Below, one piece after another: positions 32,730-44,765 of a stretch of 64,000 bases of DNA. Within the stretch, counting starts at the first letter, position 1. Each line of letters opens with the position of its first letter. The translations under genes were made by a program, and so were the position numbers. This DNA is from Epithemia pelagica. Lineage: Eukaryota > Protista > Bacillariophyta. A model generated the notes under the pieces. That model searched no databases, had not been told where the DNA came from, and was given only the letters and a program-made list of their open reading frames with translations. The stretch covers positions 1,860,001 through 1,924,000 of the forward strand of contig OX337232.1 of NCBI GenBank assembly GCA_946965045.2, written 5' to 3'.

Positions 32730-35699
32730 ATGGCGAGTTGGGAAATGGTGAATGGTGACAGCCAGTCGTGCACCAGTCAGTCCCGCACCCCGCCCTGTCA
32801 CGCCCATCGCTCTATGGGCGCGTTGTACGTGTCCCCTCGCGCGCACATATCAAGGTGTTCCACTTCCACCTATGGTCAATGGTCATGGAAAATGAAACCG
32901 TTGCAAGGACACGAACGCCAGTATGAACAAGACCTTGCTTTTACAGGCAACGGCGTACCAAATAGCGACATGGACAATTTTGCAGATCTTAGCGACGGCG
33001 ACTTTTTAATTGTGAAGAATCGATTTAAGGCGCTTCTCCCCAAGTATGGAACCCTCTGGAGATCAATGATCGATAAAAAACAAGATCATACTTCTGATTC
33101 AGATGACAGCGAAGAATACTCGAACGAACATGGATGCAAAGAAGGGTACTGTCGTCCGACGACGACGTCCTTTCTACCAACATATCTCATTGAACAACCT
33201 GCCTCCGTTGATGATGAGAACCTTTCATTACAAAGGATCAACTTGGCGGAATCCAGCGACAATAATTCCATCCAAAGCCCTATTAGCCTTGATTCTCGTA
33301 AGAGTATGAGATCTCATAAATCATCAGGACTTAAAGTTGGAGACCTCTGGTGTGAATCGAGCGATGAGGATGGATCAAGGTCGAATGGTGAGCAATCCAC
33401 CTCGGTAACTGAAAAGCATCATTCCCCCATTGATCTTGAGAAACTTTCATCACGAAGCATCAATTCGAGGAAATCCATCACGCTTGGCTGTACCGAAATC
33501 CCAGCTTATTTCGAGGTCGAAACAGAAGCCTGTTTTGATCATACAACCGAAAACCATGATTCTGCTGATATTGGCAATTTTCTTCCCACCATGGAAAATA
33601 AACCGAGTCCAGTATGCGACACTAATCAGTCTGGGTCCCATAACATATCAGAGCAAAAAAGAGAGGAAGTCTCTTCCGATTCCAGCAATGACGACGGATC
33701 AAGCTCTGACAGTAGTGAATCAACGAGGGTCAGATGGGATGACTGGAAATCGCCCGAGGAGTGCCTTGCCGAAACCTCTGAGACATTCCCTAAAGCGCAG
33801 GACGGGTTGCTTATCCCAAAGACTTCTCCAAAATCAGGATCATATCGATCTCCTGACACAGGCATCGATGCCCTAGAAAAAACTCAGGGCCAGCACGGCG
33901 ATTCCACAAAGCAATATGGGTTGGCACCCATGGGAGCGGGTGATCTCAGTCTTAATCACAACTCCTCAACTTCAGAGGCATATCAAACTCCTCTTGCAAA
34001 CATAGCTTTAGATATCTCTGAGAAAGTTAAGGATCAGTGTGACGATTCGGTACATGGGAGCGGGTCTCTCGCCCTTCAGAATTCGTCTCTGGATTCCAAC
34101 GATCAGAGTCTGAACCAAACTTCCCCTGGTGAACAGGAATATTGGTCTCCTGATACAAGCGTGGTCAAAGACACCCCTGAAACAGAACGGGACCATCGCG
34201 ATTATAAGGTGGACGACGTTGGAGCTCCACAATCACTATCATCAGGAAAGAAAGAACAGAAACTGGATGTTATCGATCTTGTGAGCGGTAGCGACGATGA
34301 AAGAGAGTACGATGCGCGACGTGCGATAATCCAGCAGCGTTCTCAATTCGTCGAGTCGATGAACACTGACGAAGACAACGGGCGATGTAGTTCAGAGACG
34401 GAAGACGATTCGTTTCCGATGAATCAATCGAAAAATCATATGACTAAAAAAAACAGGCTTTTTGAAGGCCTGAAGGAAACCATTACAACGAAACAGAGCC
34501 AAGAAGAGGTTTTGGCACGCTCCTCAAAAGTTGCGGTCGTCAATCTGATGAGCAGCAGTGAAGATGAAAGTGAGAAATTCAGTAAGCCCATAAAAGAACG
34601 ATCAAAATCCACCCAGTTCTCTCGCGACCTCGAATCAACTGCCCGAGACGAGGAATATAAATGGCGCGGAACAGGCGATCTATCAGATGATGACCCTATT
34701 GCCTTTTTGACAAATCGAACCAACAAACTTGTAATTGATGGCAACGACGACCAATCTGATGAAGATGCAATCATTGGACGTGGAAACACCTTTGCTGTCG
34801 AGCAGAACAGTGACTCTGGCCAATCTTTCGAAATCATTGACAGCGACGACGAAGAACAGCGTTGCGGAAACAAGTCTCCCTTCCGTGGCCGTAGGGGAAA
34901 TTCACTGACGGATCGTACGAACAGCTTGGCAATTCACGACTCTGATGAAAGTGTCAATTATGAAAGCCCAAAGAAGAAGAGAGGACAACGAACAATTTCC
35001 TTTAAACGGAGACGGCATGATCTGTCACAGGAGCTTTTCGTCAAGTTCGACAAAGCCATGACCAATGGCCGTCTTGGCAGTTGTACGACGGTCGAGTGGT
35101 CCAACAAGCTTCGAACCACGGCAGGGTTGACAAGGCTATTCAAACGTCGTAACGGGTTTGAATATGATCGCATAGCGGTCATTGAGCTATCAACAAAAGT
35201 TGTTGATGAAGAAGACCGCCTACGAGATACTCTGCTTCATGAACTATGCCACGCCGCTGCTTTTGTAATCGACGGGGTCACAAAGCCGCCACACGGAAAA
35301 TGTTTTAAAAAGTGGGCCAAACTGGCCATGGCCAGGATTCCCGGCACATCCGTGACCACGACGCATGACTACGAAATACAGTTCAATTACGCATGGGGCT
35401 GTACCTCACAGGACTGCGACTTTGTGGTTCAACGCCACAGTCGTAGCGTAGATGTCAAAAAGCATATTTGCCCTCTCTGTCGGTCATCATTGGTCGAGAT
35501 TGATGTCCAGCGTAGTGGACGTTCAACAAAAAAAGAGAGGAAGAAACAAGCGCCAAGCGCGTACAATCTGTTTGTCAAAGAACATTTTAGCAGTGTTCGT
35601 CAGCGATTGGTGGATGAAGGACAGTCGGTGTCCCAGGCACAGATAATGAAAGAATGTAGCCAGTTGTGGCGTACATTAAATCAGAAAGAAACCGAATAA
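32730..35699 (+). CDS. GCNA: GCNA/ACRC-like protein: acidic disordered region, SprT metalloprotease, Zn finger, HMG box (true start probably downstream)
   Basis: EWSNKLRTTAG, IELSTKV, DTLLHELCH, HGKCFKKW, CxxxxC..RHS..CPLC, APSAYNLFVKE. Confidence 0.82.
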   Translation: MASWEMVNGDSQSCTSQSRTPPCHAHRSMGALYVSPRAHISRCSTSTYGQWSWKMKPLQGHERQYEQDLAFTGNGVPNSDMDNFADLSDGDFLIVKNRFKALLPKYGTLWRSMIDKKQDHTSDSDDSEEYSNEHGCKEGYCRPTTTSFLPTYLIEQPASVDDENLSLQRINLAESSDNNSIQSPISLDSRKSMRSHKSSGLKVGDLWCESSDEDGSRSNGEQSTSVTEKHHSPIDLEKLSSRSINSRKSITLGCTEIPAYFEVETEACFDHTTENHDSADIGNFLPTMENKPSPVCDTNQSGSHNISEQKREEVSSDSSNDDGSSSDSSESTRVRWDDWKSPEECLAETSETFPKAQDGLLIPKTSPKSGSYRSPDTGIDALEKTQGQHGDSTKQYGLAPMGAGDLSLNHNSSTSEAYQTPLANIALDISEKVKDQCDDSVHGSGSLALQNSSLDSNDQSLNQTSPGEQEYWSPDTSVVKDTPETERDHRDYKVDDVGAPQSLSSGKKEQKLDVIDLVSGSDDEREYDARRAIIQQRSQFVESMNTDEDNGRCSSETEDDSFPMNQSKNHMTKKNRLFEGLKETITTKQSQEEVLARSSKVAVVNLMSSSEDESEKFSKPIKERSKSTQFSRDLESTARDEEYKWRGTGDLSDDDPIAFLTNRTNKLVIDGNDDQSDEDAIIGRGNTFAVEQNSDSGQSFEIIDSDDEEQRCGNKSPFRGRRGNSLTDRTNSLAIHDSDESVNYESPKKKRGQRTISFKRRRHDLSQELFVKFDKAMTNGRLGSCTTVEWSNKLRTTAGLTRLFKRRNGFEYDRIAVIELSTKVVDEEDRLRDTLLHELCHAAAFVIDGVTKPPHGKCFKKWAKLAMARIPGTSVTTTHDYEIQFNYAWGCTSQDCDFVVQRHSRSVDVKKHICPLCRSSLVEIDVQRSGRSTKKERKKQAPSAYNLFVKEHFSSVRQRLVDEGQSVSQAQIMKECSQLWRTLNQKETE

Positions 35700-36256
35700 T
35701 AACTATTACGACAGCTGACTTTCCCTAATCTGGCGTCTCAAGTCGTTATTTCGTGTTCAGTGTCAGCCATTCGAAGCGCTCTCTGAGAGTACTGGTATAC
35801 AAGAAAAACAGATGTTGACAGGGACCATGCTTTGAAGCTTCACTTCCACTCGTTGAACTCCTGGTTTTCGAAAGATCATGAAACGAAGATCCTGTTGGAA
35901 CAAAGGAATAGGAATGCGAACGAGGCCCTCATGAGCAACAACGCTGGCGAAAAATTTCAGCTGAATCATGTGCTACAGTCGTGTGGTTTTCATTCCGGCG
36001 GAAGCGCAGTACTTAGCCAGCAAAATGGTTCCGCTTCGAATGAAACGGTTTCGATCCGTCAACCGAGAAGTCCATTTAAAACTTTCATCCTCCCAAGGAA
36101 AACGGTTTTGCCTCCAATGAATCATCTTTCGATCCTTTCATCGAATAGTCGGACGAAAACTTTCATCTTTCCATGGACCGTAAGCCAATGTACCACGTCG
36201 AACTATTGACAATCAGCTTCCACGATGATGGGATACTTGTTACCGTGGTTTTGGAG

Positions 36257-37732
36257 CTAATTGGGAATTTGCCTTTGTGGAGTTTGGACTTCTTCGTGGC
36301 TGACCAAGCCCTTGTACCGGTAGCGCAGAAGCTGCGTGCCTACTCCCTCCAATCCTCCACTGTGCACGTAGAGAACCGATCCTCCTTTCAAAGGAAAAGC
36401 GTCATCAAAGGCCGACAGTGTCTTGCCATCCCCACATGTTGGTTTGGCGTTGAAATGACGAAGCATGATTGTCCAACTAGGAGCTCCGTACAAGAGATCG
36501 ACCACCAAGTCGTGTTCATCTTTCATGTATCGGTAAGTTTCCAACAGCTCTGGATGCGGTTGGCCAAACGAGAAGTATTGGTCATTTTTGCTTTGTTGCT
36601 GTCCATCATCCGGAACGTTGAGTGACAGAATTGCCGGAATATCATCCTTGGCATATCCTAAATTTGCATTTAATCCCATCATTTGACGTTGCGAGTAGAC
36701 TTCATCGCCCACGCATGGAATCACCACAACTTTAATGTCCATGTTCTTTTCGTCATGATAATCAATTTCACTTTTAAATGCGTGGTGAAGCAAGAGAGCC
36801 GTTGAACATGTTCCACCGGGAAGACAAACAGAAAGAGGACTGGCATTGGAAGGACCGATTTTACGACCTTGATTCTTCCAAAATTCCACCAACTCTTTGG
36901 CCAAGCGTCTTGCACCGGCTAAAGCAACGCCACTGGCTCCTCCTTGTGGTACCCAAAGCGAATGTCCTGGAATGGGAGGCTGCAGAGCCAGAGGTGGTTC
37001 GGTTTTGCCTCCCCATTCACTGCCAAACAAGTCGTTGTATTTGTCGTGTGAGGGCAATTCTATCAGTTCCATTCCCAATGCCTTAGCACGAAACAAGTTT
37101 CCGCTGGGATTACTACGGAGAAAGCGAGGCAATTTCTTGGAGTAGTATACGAATCGGTATGGATTCGTGTTGTTGGGGGTGTCGTCTCCTGCTGCTCGTT
37201 CGTTTTGGTTTCGAAAGTGGACAATGGCCGCCAAGGCAACCATCGCATTGGATTGCGGCCCACCATAACTTACAATGCATCGAGGAAACTCAGTTTCTCT
37301 CAAATTATTCAAGGCTAGAAATTTGCGAGCCTTGTTCCCAGAAACGTGAGATCCTGGCAATTGAAGTAGATCGTCTCGTTTCACATACACCCTGCGATCT
37401 CCGATCAATATCGTATCTACCGGGGAAGCCTCCGACGGACAGTGAATCGTTTCTTTCGACTCTTTGAACCAATCAATCGTCTTCCATCCGTTACCCCTTG
37501 TCTGGGATTTCTCGTCCTCCATTTCGTGCTCTAGACATGATTGTCTTTCGTTGCCCAACAGTAGACTTGGATCATTCAAAAGCTGGTCCAAAAGATCATC
37601 TTGAGACGCTCTTGTCGAGCGATGGTGTCTGTGAATTGAACGATCCATCGCCTGAAGTGGCGTGGAACTGAAGGAAGATGCTACATATCGACGGCAAACG
37701 GCCAACATGAGCACGCAAACGGAAGCCTTCAT
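36257..37732 (-). CDS. PLP-dependent D-cysteine desulfhydrase / ACC deaminase family enzyme with organellar presequence
   Basis: VYVKRDD, SGNKARK, SYGGPQSNAM, PQGG, LPGGTCST, LYVHSGG; signal-like start MKASVCVLMLAV..ASSF. Confidence 0.85.
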   Translation of the reverse strand: MKASVCVLMLAVCRRYVASSFSSTPLQAMDRSIHRHHRSTRASQDDLLDQLLNDPSLLLGNERQSCLEHEMEDEKSQTRGNGWKTIDWFKESKETIHCPSEASPVDTILIGDRRVYVKRDDLLQLPGSHVSGNKARKFLALNNLRETEFPRCIVSYGGPQSNAMVALAAIVHFRNQNERAAGDDTPNNTNPYRFVYYSKKLPRFLRSNPSGNLFRAKALGMELIELPSHDKYNDLFGSEWGGKTEPPLALQPPIPGHSLWVPQGGASGVALAGARRLAKELVEFWKNQGRKIGPSNASPLSVCLPGGTCSTALLLHHAFKSEIDYHDEKNMDIKVVVIPCVGDEVYSQRQMMGLNANLGYAKDDIPAILSLNVPDDGQQQSKNDQYFSFGQPHPELLETYRYMKDEHDLVVDLLYGAPSWTIMLRHFNAKPTCGDGKTLSAFDDAFPLKGGSVLYVHSGGLEGVGTQLLRYRYKGLVSHEEVQTPQRQIPN

Positions 37733-37895
37733 GGTCTGCGGTCTGAGACAGCGGTCAGAATGAGCCTCGGGAAAAGCGCAACTCAAGCGCTGTTGAAGAA
37801 AACCAAAACGCGACCACTTTAAATCGCCGCCCCTCATTTTTCTCCGCCGATTGGGGAATGCTGAAGAGATCGTTCCTGAAAAAGCGACAGTGTCA

Positions 37896-38411
37896 ATGAG
37901 CGGTAAAATTGGAGACAGCAATGACGAAATCATAACAGAAAACCTCAGCCTGATCCGAATAGGAGAAGGACCGAAGGGAAGGGGACTATTCGCCACTCAA
38001 GAGATTTCTCCACGAACGTTAGTGCACAAAGCTCCCTGCATTCGAGTTTCCAAGGACGACTATGAAACACACGTTCAGTACTCTATCTTTGAACACTACT
38101 TGTTTAACGATACAAACGGAGGTCATAAACTTTTGGCCTTGGGTTATGGTTCCTTGTTCAACCATTCTTCGAAACAACCCAACATGGACTACCGCGTTGA
38201 TTCCAATGGGTTGCAAATCTTATTTTATTCGGGACACAAGGCAATCGCCAAGAATGATGAACTCTGCATTTCCTACGGAAGAAACTTGTGGTTTGATGAC
38301 GCATCGGGGCATGATTCATCATCGTCTTCTTTGGAAGATGAAGGATTTCAAGGTCGCATTGACGTTGGAGAGAGCAATGATGATGATATCGCGAAACCTG
38401 ATGGTGGATGA
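37896..38411 (+). CDS. Small stand-alone SET-domain protein
   Basis: KGRGLFAT, LALGYGSLFNHS, ELCISYG. Confidence 0.88.
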   Translation: MSGKIGDSNDEIITENLSLIRIGEGPKGRGLFATQEISPRTLVHKAPCIRVSKDDYETHVQYSIFEHYLFNDTNGGHKLLALGYGSLFNHSSKQPNMDYRVDSNGLQILFYSGHKAIAKNDELCISYGRNLWFDDASGHDSSSSSLEDEGFQGRIDVGESNDDDIAKPDGG

Positions 38412-38808
38412 GGATCTTTATTATTTCAAGAAATCTTCTTCATGACATTGACAATACATGGAATCAGTTTGGGTTCAGCATGTCCGAGTCAGCAGACTTC
38501 TATCTAAGATCAAGAGCGTTAATGGCGAGCTGAGATATAATGTTTTCTGTGATCCGGTTCTGTCAGAGCTACGGGAAGACTATGATCCAAACTTCTTTCA
38601 AGGTAATTAAAACGTCGGGACAAGAGAAATGGGAATCTCAAGCAGAATCTAGTTGAAACTTTTGCGTCAACTACCTAGTAGTATTCATCTATCTACTTTT
38701 CTTCACCCATAGAGGTATAGGAGAACTGCGATTACGCGTATGAAGACGTTGGGAAACGAGACGAATGGCAAAGCTGGGAGAAATATGCGTGCGTCAACAA
38801 TGGTCTTC

Positions 38809-41537
38809 TTAAACACTGTCACTGTCCGATTCGTACTGTTCTTCTTCTTGTGTCCACTCGCTATCGTCATCACCGTTACTACCAGTTTTTCCATTGTTGT
38901 CGTCTTCATCATCACTCGCAAAGGCATCCTGCAATGCCCGTCTCTTCGCTTCCACTTGCTCCCTCTCTTTGCGTGCCTTTTCTTCCATGCGCTCTTGCCG
39001 CAACTTTCGTTCTTCGGAATTGAAGTAGTCCAAAGTGGCCGTTGTGGGTGGCTCAAACGGGGGCAATTCCAAAGGTAGCGTCCGTTTCTGAAGCTCCAAC
39101 TTGGGTCGTTCGCGTGGGGGCGATGACGTTTTGCCCAATCCTTCCCATCGCTGAGAAATGACCGTCTGCGTCGTTGCTTGGCCGGCTGTTTGTTGCAAGT
39201 GATGGTCACTGCTGCTGGCCTTGCTGGCCCGTGGGAGGTCCTCCAAATCAAGAAGTTGCTTCCCCGTACTTGGTCCCTTCCAACAGCGAGCTGCTTCTGA
39301 CAGCAATGTCCGTGGTGATCTGGTATCCAAAAGTTTGACACAGTGAATGTATCGTTTTGGTTCGGGATCAAAGCTTTCAGTATTCAAGCGCCAGTAGTCA
39401 CTGTACTCGTGAACAAATGCTCGCGCTGGTCGATCCATGGGCCACAGTGGAAGAGAAGCAGCCTTGTCGTCCTCTAGAAATAGCTTCCAGCGTCGCTCCA
39501 ACTTCGTAAGAAGACCAAGTCGCTCTCGAGCCTGCAAGATGAGTTCATCAGGGTAGCTTGCCTCTGTGAGCTCTCGCCCATACTCATCCAACCCGTCACT
39601 AACCGTCGGTCGAGACCAGCTTGATTTAAGACTACTACCGCTCTCAGCCTTTCGCAATGTCGCTGGCTTCACATCCAGAGCATTCGCAAATGCTCGGTTC
39701 CGCTCCAACTGAGCTTCAGTAGGTTCTGGAGGCGAGGAAAGAATGTTCGCATTGGCGGATACACTCGATGGTGCTTGGGAAGCTACAGGAGCAATCGGGT
39801 CAACCCCAAACGTCAAATTGGACATCATTGTTCGACGTTGCCACTTTTCGTGTGCCATTTGCATTCTTCGACGTTCTTCCGGGTCGGTCTTTTTCACGGA
39901 AACTGCAATTTTGGACAGTGTTTGTGATTTGGGTAAAACTTTTTTGTTGCTGCTCCTATGGTTACTTTTTGATGCCGGAGTAGATGATGAGGCTGTTGGT
40001 GGTGTCAAGGCAGGGAAATCGGCCGCCTTGCGATCGGCCTGGTGGCTGAATTGGGAAGCAATGTGACTTGAAGACCATAATGTGAAAGGCGTTGTCGTCG
40101 ATGAGGTCGGGTTTGTGGAAGGAACAAATTCCGCAGCATCACCACGCAACAACCGAGTAGTGTCTCCACGCAACCCAGGATTCAGATCGTCGTCAATGAC
40201 AAGAATGCCACCGATATCACCGTAAATCCCAGAATCATCTTGTGAATGTTGCGGGATAGAGGGAGTCTGATGTGCGTTGTGATTCCGACTAGACATTGGT
40301 GTTTGTTGTCGAAGTCGTTGTTCTTCCTGTTGATGCTCGTGGGCTTGGTAACTGGCCATCAACGAGTGATTGTTGTTGGTGTCATTGCTGTTGCGAGAAG
40401 TCGATCGGTTGGGAAGTGACGAGGGTCCTCCAAACAAGGCATTCAGAAGAACAGCGGCTTCCTGTTGTAAAATGGCAGCTCTTCCTGCGGCTGTATTTCC
40501 AGCTGCTCCTGCAGTACTAATCGTGACGCCTTTCGCATCGTAGGCCTCTGCTACGTTGAGATTATGAAACCCATGGCGACGGAGATACTGATCCAAATTG
40601 ACAATTTCGTCGCGAACCAAATCTCGACGATTTAAAGGATCAATGAATTGCAGTTGCGACACCATGTAATACGCCAAAGCACGTCCATCGTAGAGATGAA
40701 CATGGCGATCCTTGGAAGGAGTGGTTGATTTGGATCGACAGGAGGAACCGCCCCCACTCTGTTGTTTGTCAACATCTGATTGAGGCTCTTCTCGCACGGA
40801 CAGTTGGTTTCCCCATTGTTCCTCTAATATTCTTTGCTGTCGTTGTTCTTCAGTCTCTTGTGCTTCTTCAACATCCTGTTCAGGTGAATCGGTGGAAGTT
40901 TCAGGGAAGGGCCAAACTTCGATAGTAATATACGGTTCTTTAGCAAAGAGCACAAACGGGGGATAGGGAAGGGAATGAAGGGGTTCCAAAGTGATTGGAT
41001 CAACAGCTTCGTCAGGAATGTGCTTTCTCCACGGAAACCGCTTTTGCTGATTCAGTTTTCGCTGGTTCTGTCTTTTCCGATTCCTCCCATTCTTTCGCCT
41101 TTGGCTGTCCGAGTTGTTGTTCCTGTTGGAGTTTGACTCTGATTTCTCCACATCTTCTGACTCTGCTGTACCACCACGGTTGGAAGAAACGATAGTCGTT
41201 GTTGGACTCTCTGACGAGGCACCATTGGTTGGTGGTGCCTTTGGTTTTCGCCCTCGATTACCGCGCCTTTTATTGGAAGGGTTGGCGCCGTGACGGGAAG
41301 ATGGCGTTTCATTGTTTCCACCAATGTTGGCGTCATTGCCGGTGGTGGAAGTGGCTTGAGAGGAGGAGGAAGAAGAAGGTCCTGGACTATGGTTGGACAG
41401 CTTGTTACCATTACCACGTCGCCTTTGTGATTCATTCTTACGATGGGGCGTTCTCTTGTTACCACGAGAATGTGAAATTGACGCTGGCCCCGAACCAGTG
41501 CTTTCCATCGTTTGATTCTTCTCAGCGCCTTGTGGTG

Positions 41538-41571
<34 letters not shown>

Positions 41572-41670
41572 ACGTTGGATAGCCTGGCTTGGAATCAAGT
41601 TCGAATGTTGTGGACTGGCCGAGGCAGTTCCCGAAGTGTATGGTTCGTTCGAGCTGCCGTTCGTCGACAT
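38809..41670 (-). CDS. R3H-domain protein with U-box-like motifs and long disordered regions
   Basis: PMDRPARAFVHEYSDYWRL.TESFDPEPKR (R3H); DPITLEPL ... YDGRAL..DPLNRRDL. Confidence 0.75.
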
Positions 41671-42272
41671 GATCTACTCTGATTCAAACCTTTGTGGATT
41701 AGGATATGCTTTTTATGAGAGCATCACACACTTTCGCTCATTGCTCATTGCGTTGCGTCGATGAATCGTGTCTCCCACAGTCGCCGCACGTTTGGGACTG
41801 ACTGACTGAACGATGCGTAAGCGGTACCTCCAAGCGGAGGTTGAATCATGGGATTTCGTGACTCGCTTCTTTTTGTTCGTTCCTAGGAACCTCATTCACG
41901 AATTTGTAAGACTCAATAGCCGCTTGGGAGTAGTGTATGCGGAAAGGGCGAACCATATGCCAAATACGCAAGTTGCGAGAAACAAGAAGAGATAAGGTAG
42001 GAGTATCATATAGGTCCGGTGGATGCACCTCACCTCTCCTTCTATATCTTCAAGCAAGGGATTTCTTCCAGCTTGACCTGAAACCATAGGACCAGGACCT
42101 TGTTGGACGAGAATAGGACGAGGGAAGTGGACGAGACTTGTTTCCGTGGTATCGTTGGATCCTTCATCCTTTCCCTTGTGCGAGATCTTTCGGCTGCATA
42201 TTCGAATCGTTCCTTGGAGACCTTAACAACGGTTAATTCCACAAGAAATCTAGAGTTGATCTCCTGTCGATC

Positions 42273-44555
42273 ATGTCCTCCGAATTTCCTTCTCCTTCGT
42301 CACCGGCATCCTTATCATGGCTCTACGGTGGTATGCAACAGCATTTGCAACGCGCGTTGGATGAAATGTCGAACCGACAGCAAGTTCAGGATTGTTTGAG
42401 TGATATGGTAACCAATGTGGAATGGGCGGCGCAGTGCAACCAGCAAGTAGAGATGCAGCAAACTAAGCGGGCCTTGCAAATGGCCTTGACGCAACAAGCA
42501 ACTGTATTGCAGGAAACGGCGTTGATACAACAGACCAATGAAACAGAACGGAATGAACTGGCCAACGCTTTGGTGCGAGAAATGTTTCAAATGAGTCAAT
42601 CCCTTGGAGAATTGTATCAGTTGCGGCAGGATCATCAAGAATTATCCAATAATTACGACGCACTCGTGGCCAAGTTGTTGCAAGCTGAAGAACGAATTCA
42701 ATTCATGCAGGAAGGAGGGGGAGGAGACACCAACAACGCCAACAGTGCCGAACCCTCCGGTGCCACAGCCGGCCAAACGACCGTTGCGCCAGCTACAGAA
42801 ACCGAAGCAACATCAATGACACCCTTATCTTCTCCAAAGTCCTCGGAGGCTCCTCCAGAAGCTGCGACCGAACATTCTGGAGAACCTTCACCAGCAGTCC
42901 CCTCCAGCGCTTCAGGAACTTCAGAAGGAGGCGAGGATGACAATGCTACGTCAACAGCAACAACAAACGAAGAAGCAGCGAATCATCTTGTGGATACCAA
43001 AGAAGGCCAGACCGTGACTGCCGATGGTGTCATCAAGAGCGATACTACCCCTACGGAGGAAAAGGCTGAAGTGCCACCGGACGCTTCTTTGGATGATTCG
43101 GCACCTAGAGTATCAGAAGCTGAGACCAAGCCAACTCCAGGAGATTTGTTGGTAGAAGAAGACGGACCCAGTGTTACTACTGCGGCTGCTCCTGCGGCGG
43201 CTGTAGTGTCAATTGTCGAAGAAGACCCACCTCCTTCACTGGAAACCTTGGAGACAGCGACACTCATGCACATTTTCCAGTATTTGGATGCCCTAGATAT
43301 TTTGAATACTGCTCAAGTCAATATTTCTATGTACAGCCGCGTGGATAACTTGTTCGGATTGGGTGATGCTCCACAGTCCGAAGGAGACAATTCGACCATT
43401 GCCACGGCGGACTCGAACCATGCGGTCAATACTTCTTCGTTGACTGCTCCACCACAGTCCACGCCAGGTGCATCGCAGTCCGGTGCTTCAACCGCAGGTA
43501 CTTCTGTCCCATCGACCGGTGCACCCTCCCAAACTGGACCGGGGATGAGTTCCACATTAAGCACTACTACTACCTCTGATTCCACACTCACGGGAACTCG
43601 AAGTACATCGACTGGTCCGCAACCTCCTTCCTTACCGTCAACACCGAAACATGGGGTTGGTTCCAGCAATGCTGCTGTAGGTAGTACCTCTACATCAGCG
43701 GCTGCTGCAACACCACCCCCTGGGGGAGAACGGTCATTGTTTGGATTCTTGCAACCTCGCAAGAGTCCAATGTCTGCTACAACATCGGCTCCCACTTCGA
43801 CATCTTCCACAACTGGTGGAGCCTCAGGTGCACCGACTACAGGTCCTACGTTGACCCGCAAATCATCCCGGTCCTCATCGCAGCAACCACCGGAACCCGC
43901 ACCAATGAACGCTGCCTTGGCCAATTCCATGGCATCCAAACTGACTGACGCTGAGTTGAACGCAATTATCCAGATGACGGAGCGATTAAGAAACAAGGAA
44001 TCACAGCTTGAACAGTTGCGCACTGAGCGGGAACGATTGTTGGCACAACTTGATGGAACAGATGCAGTCAAACAGTTTTTGGTGGCCAAAGTCTGGAATA
44101 TGGAACAATCATTGAAGCAGACGGAAGAGCAACAAGCGAAGGTGGCGCAGCAAATCGCTAGTGACCAAGAAGTCATTGCCTTCTTAGATGGACGTGTACA
44201 AGAATTGGAAGAATCCTTGTCGACTCGTCAAACAGAAACGGATACGGTACTAGCTGAATGGAAAGCCTATCAAACACAAGCGGAACAAAAGGCAACTGTT
44301 CTCACCGATATGCTACGCTTTGAACGCGAACGTGTCCAGGAAACCCAATCAGAGTTCAAGGCGACCAAGAAATTGCTCGTCAAGGAAGTCAAATCATGTC
44401 GCGCGCAGATCATGGCCTTATCGGCCGAGAACCAAGCTGTGGCACAAGAAAATGAAACCTTGAAACGTGCTCTACTTACGAGTAATGGATCATCCGGCGC
44501 AACATCATCTCCTGCGAGGTACCAACAACATGTGCGGATTTCCTCCATGTCGTAA
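42273..44555 (+). CDS. Coiled-coil protein with central F-box-like motif and Ser/Thr-rich region
   Basis: 760-aa ORF; LETLETATLMHIFQYLDALDILNTAQVN; heptad-rich termini. Confidence 0.7.
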   Translation: MSSEFPSPSSPASLSWLYGGMQQHLQRALDEMSNRQQVQDCLSDMVTNVEWAAQCNQQVEMQQTKRALQMALTQQATVLQETALIQQTNETERNELANALVREMFQMSQSLGELYQLRQDHQELSNNYDALVAKLLQAEERIQFMQEGGGGDTNNANSAEPSGATAGQTTVAPATETEATSMTPLSSPKSSEAPPEAATEHSGEPSPAVPSSASGTSEGGEDDNATSTATTNEEAANHLVDTKEGQTVTADGVIKSDTTPTEEKAEVPPDASLDDSAPRVSEAETKPTPGDLLVEEDGPSVTTAAAPAAAVVSIVEEDPPPSLETLETATLMHIFQYLDALDILNTAQVNISMYSRVDNLFGLGDAPQSEGDNSTIATADSNHAVNTSSLTAPPQSTPGASQSGASTAGTSVPSTGAPSQTGPGMSSTLSTTTTSDSTLTGTRSTSTGPQPPSLPSTPKHGVGSSNAAVGSTSTSAAAATPPPGGERSLFGFLQPRKSPMSATTSAPTSTSSTTGGASGAPTTGPTLTRKSSRSSSQQPPEPAPMNAALANSMASKLTDAELNAIIQMTERLRNKESQLEQLRTERERLLAQLDGTDAVKQFLVAKVWNMEQSLKQTEEQQAKVAQQIASDQEVIAFLDGRVQELEESLSTRQTETDTVLAEWKAYQTQAEQKATVLTDMLRFERERVQETQSEFKATKKLLVKEVKSCRAQIMALSAENQAVAQENETLKRALLTSNGSSGATSSPARYQQHVRISSMS

Positions 44556-44765
44556 ACATGGACTAATAGGGATGAAAGCAGTGGCTAAATACGAGATATC
44601 CTTTTAGAAATAGCGTTCATCTAAAAGAGGTTCACTACCTACGTAGTTCACGTAGCGCCCCACCGACGAAACAACCCGGAAATTCAAAGTTTTGTCGTGC
44701 CCTTCATATTTTCTAGAAGGTTGCACTGTGCCCATGAGAATGAGCAATTCATCATCATCACGACG

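Noticed and set aside
43313-44176. 287-aa antisense ORF, and similar ones at 14976-15500 and 50264-50794
   Set aside because: These are antisense shadows of low-complexity coding regions.
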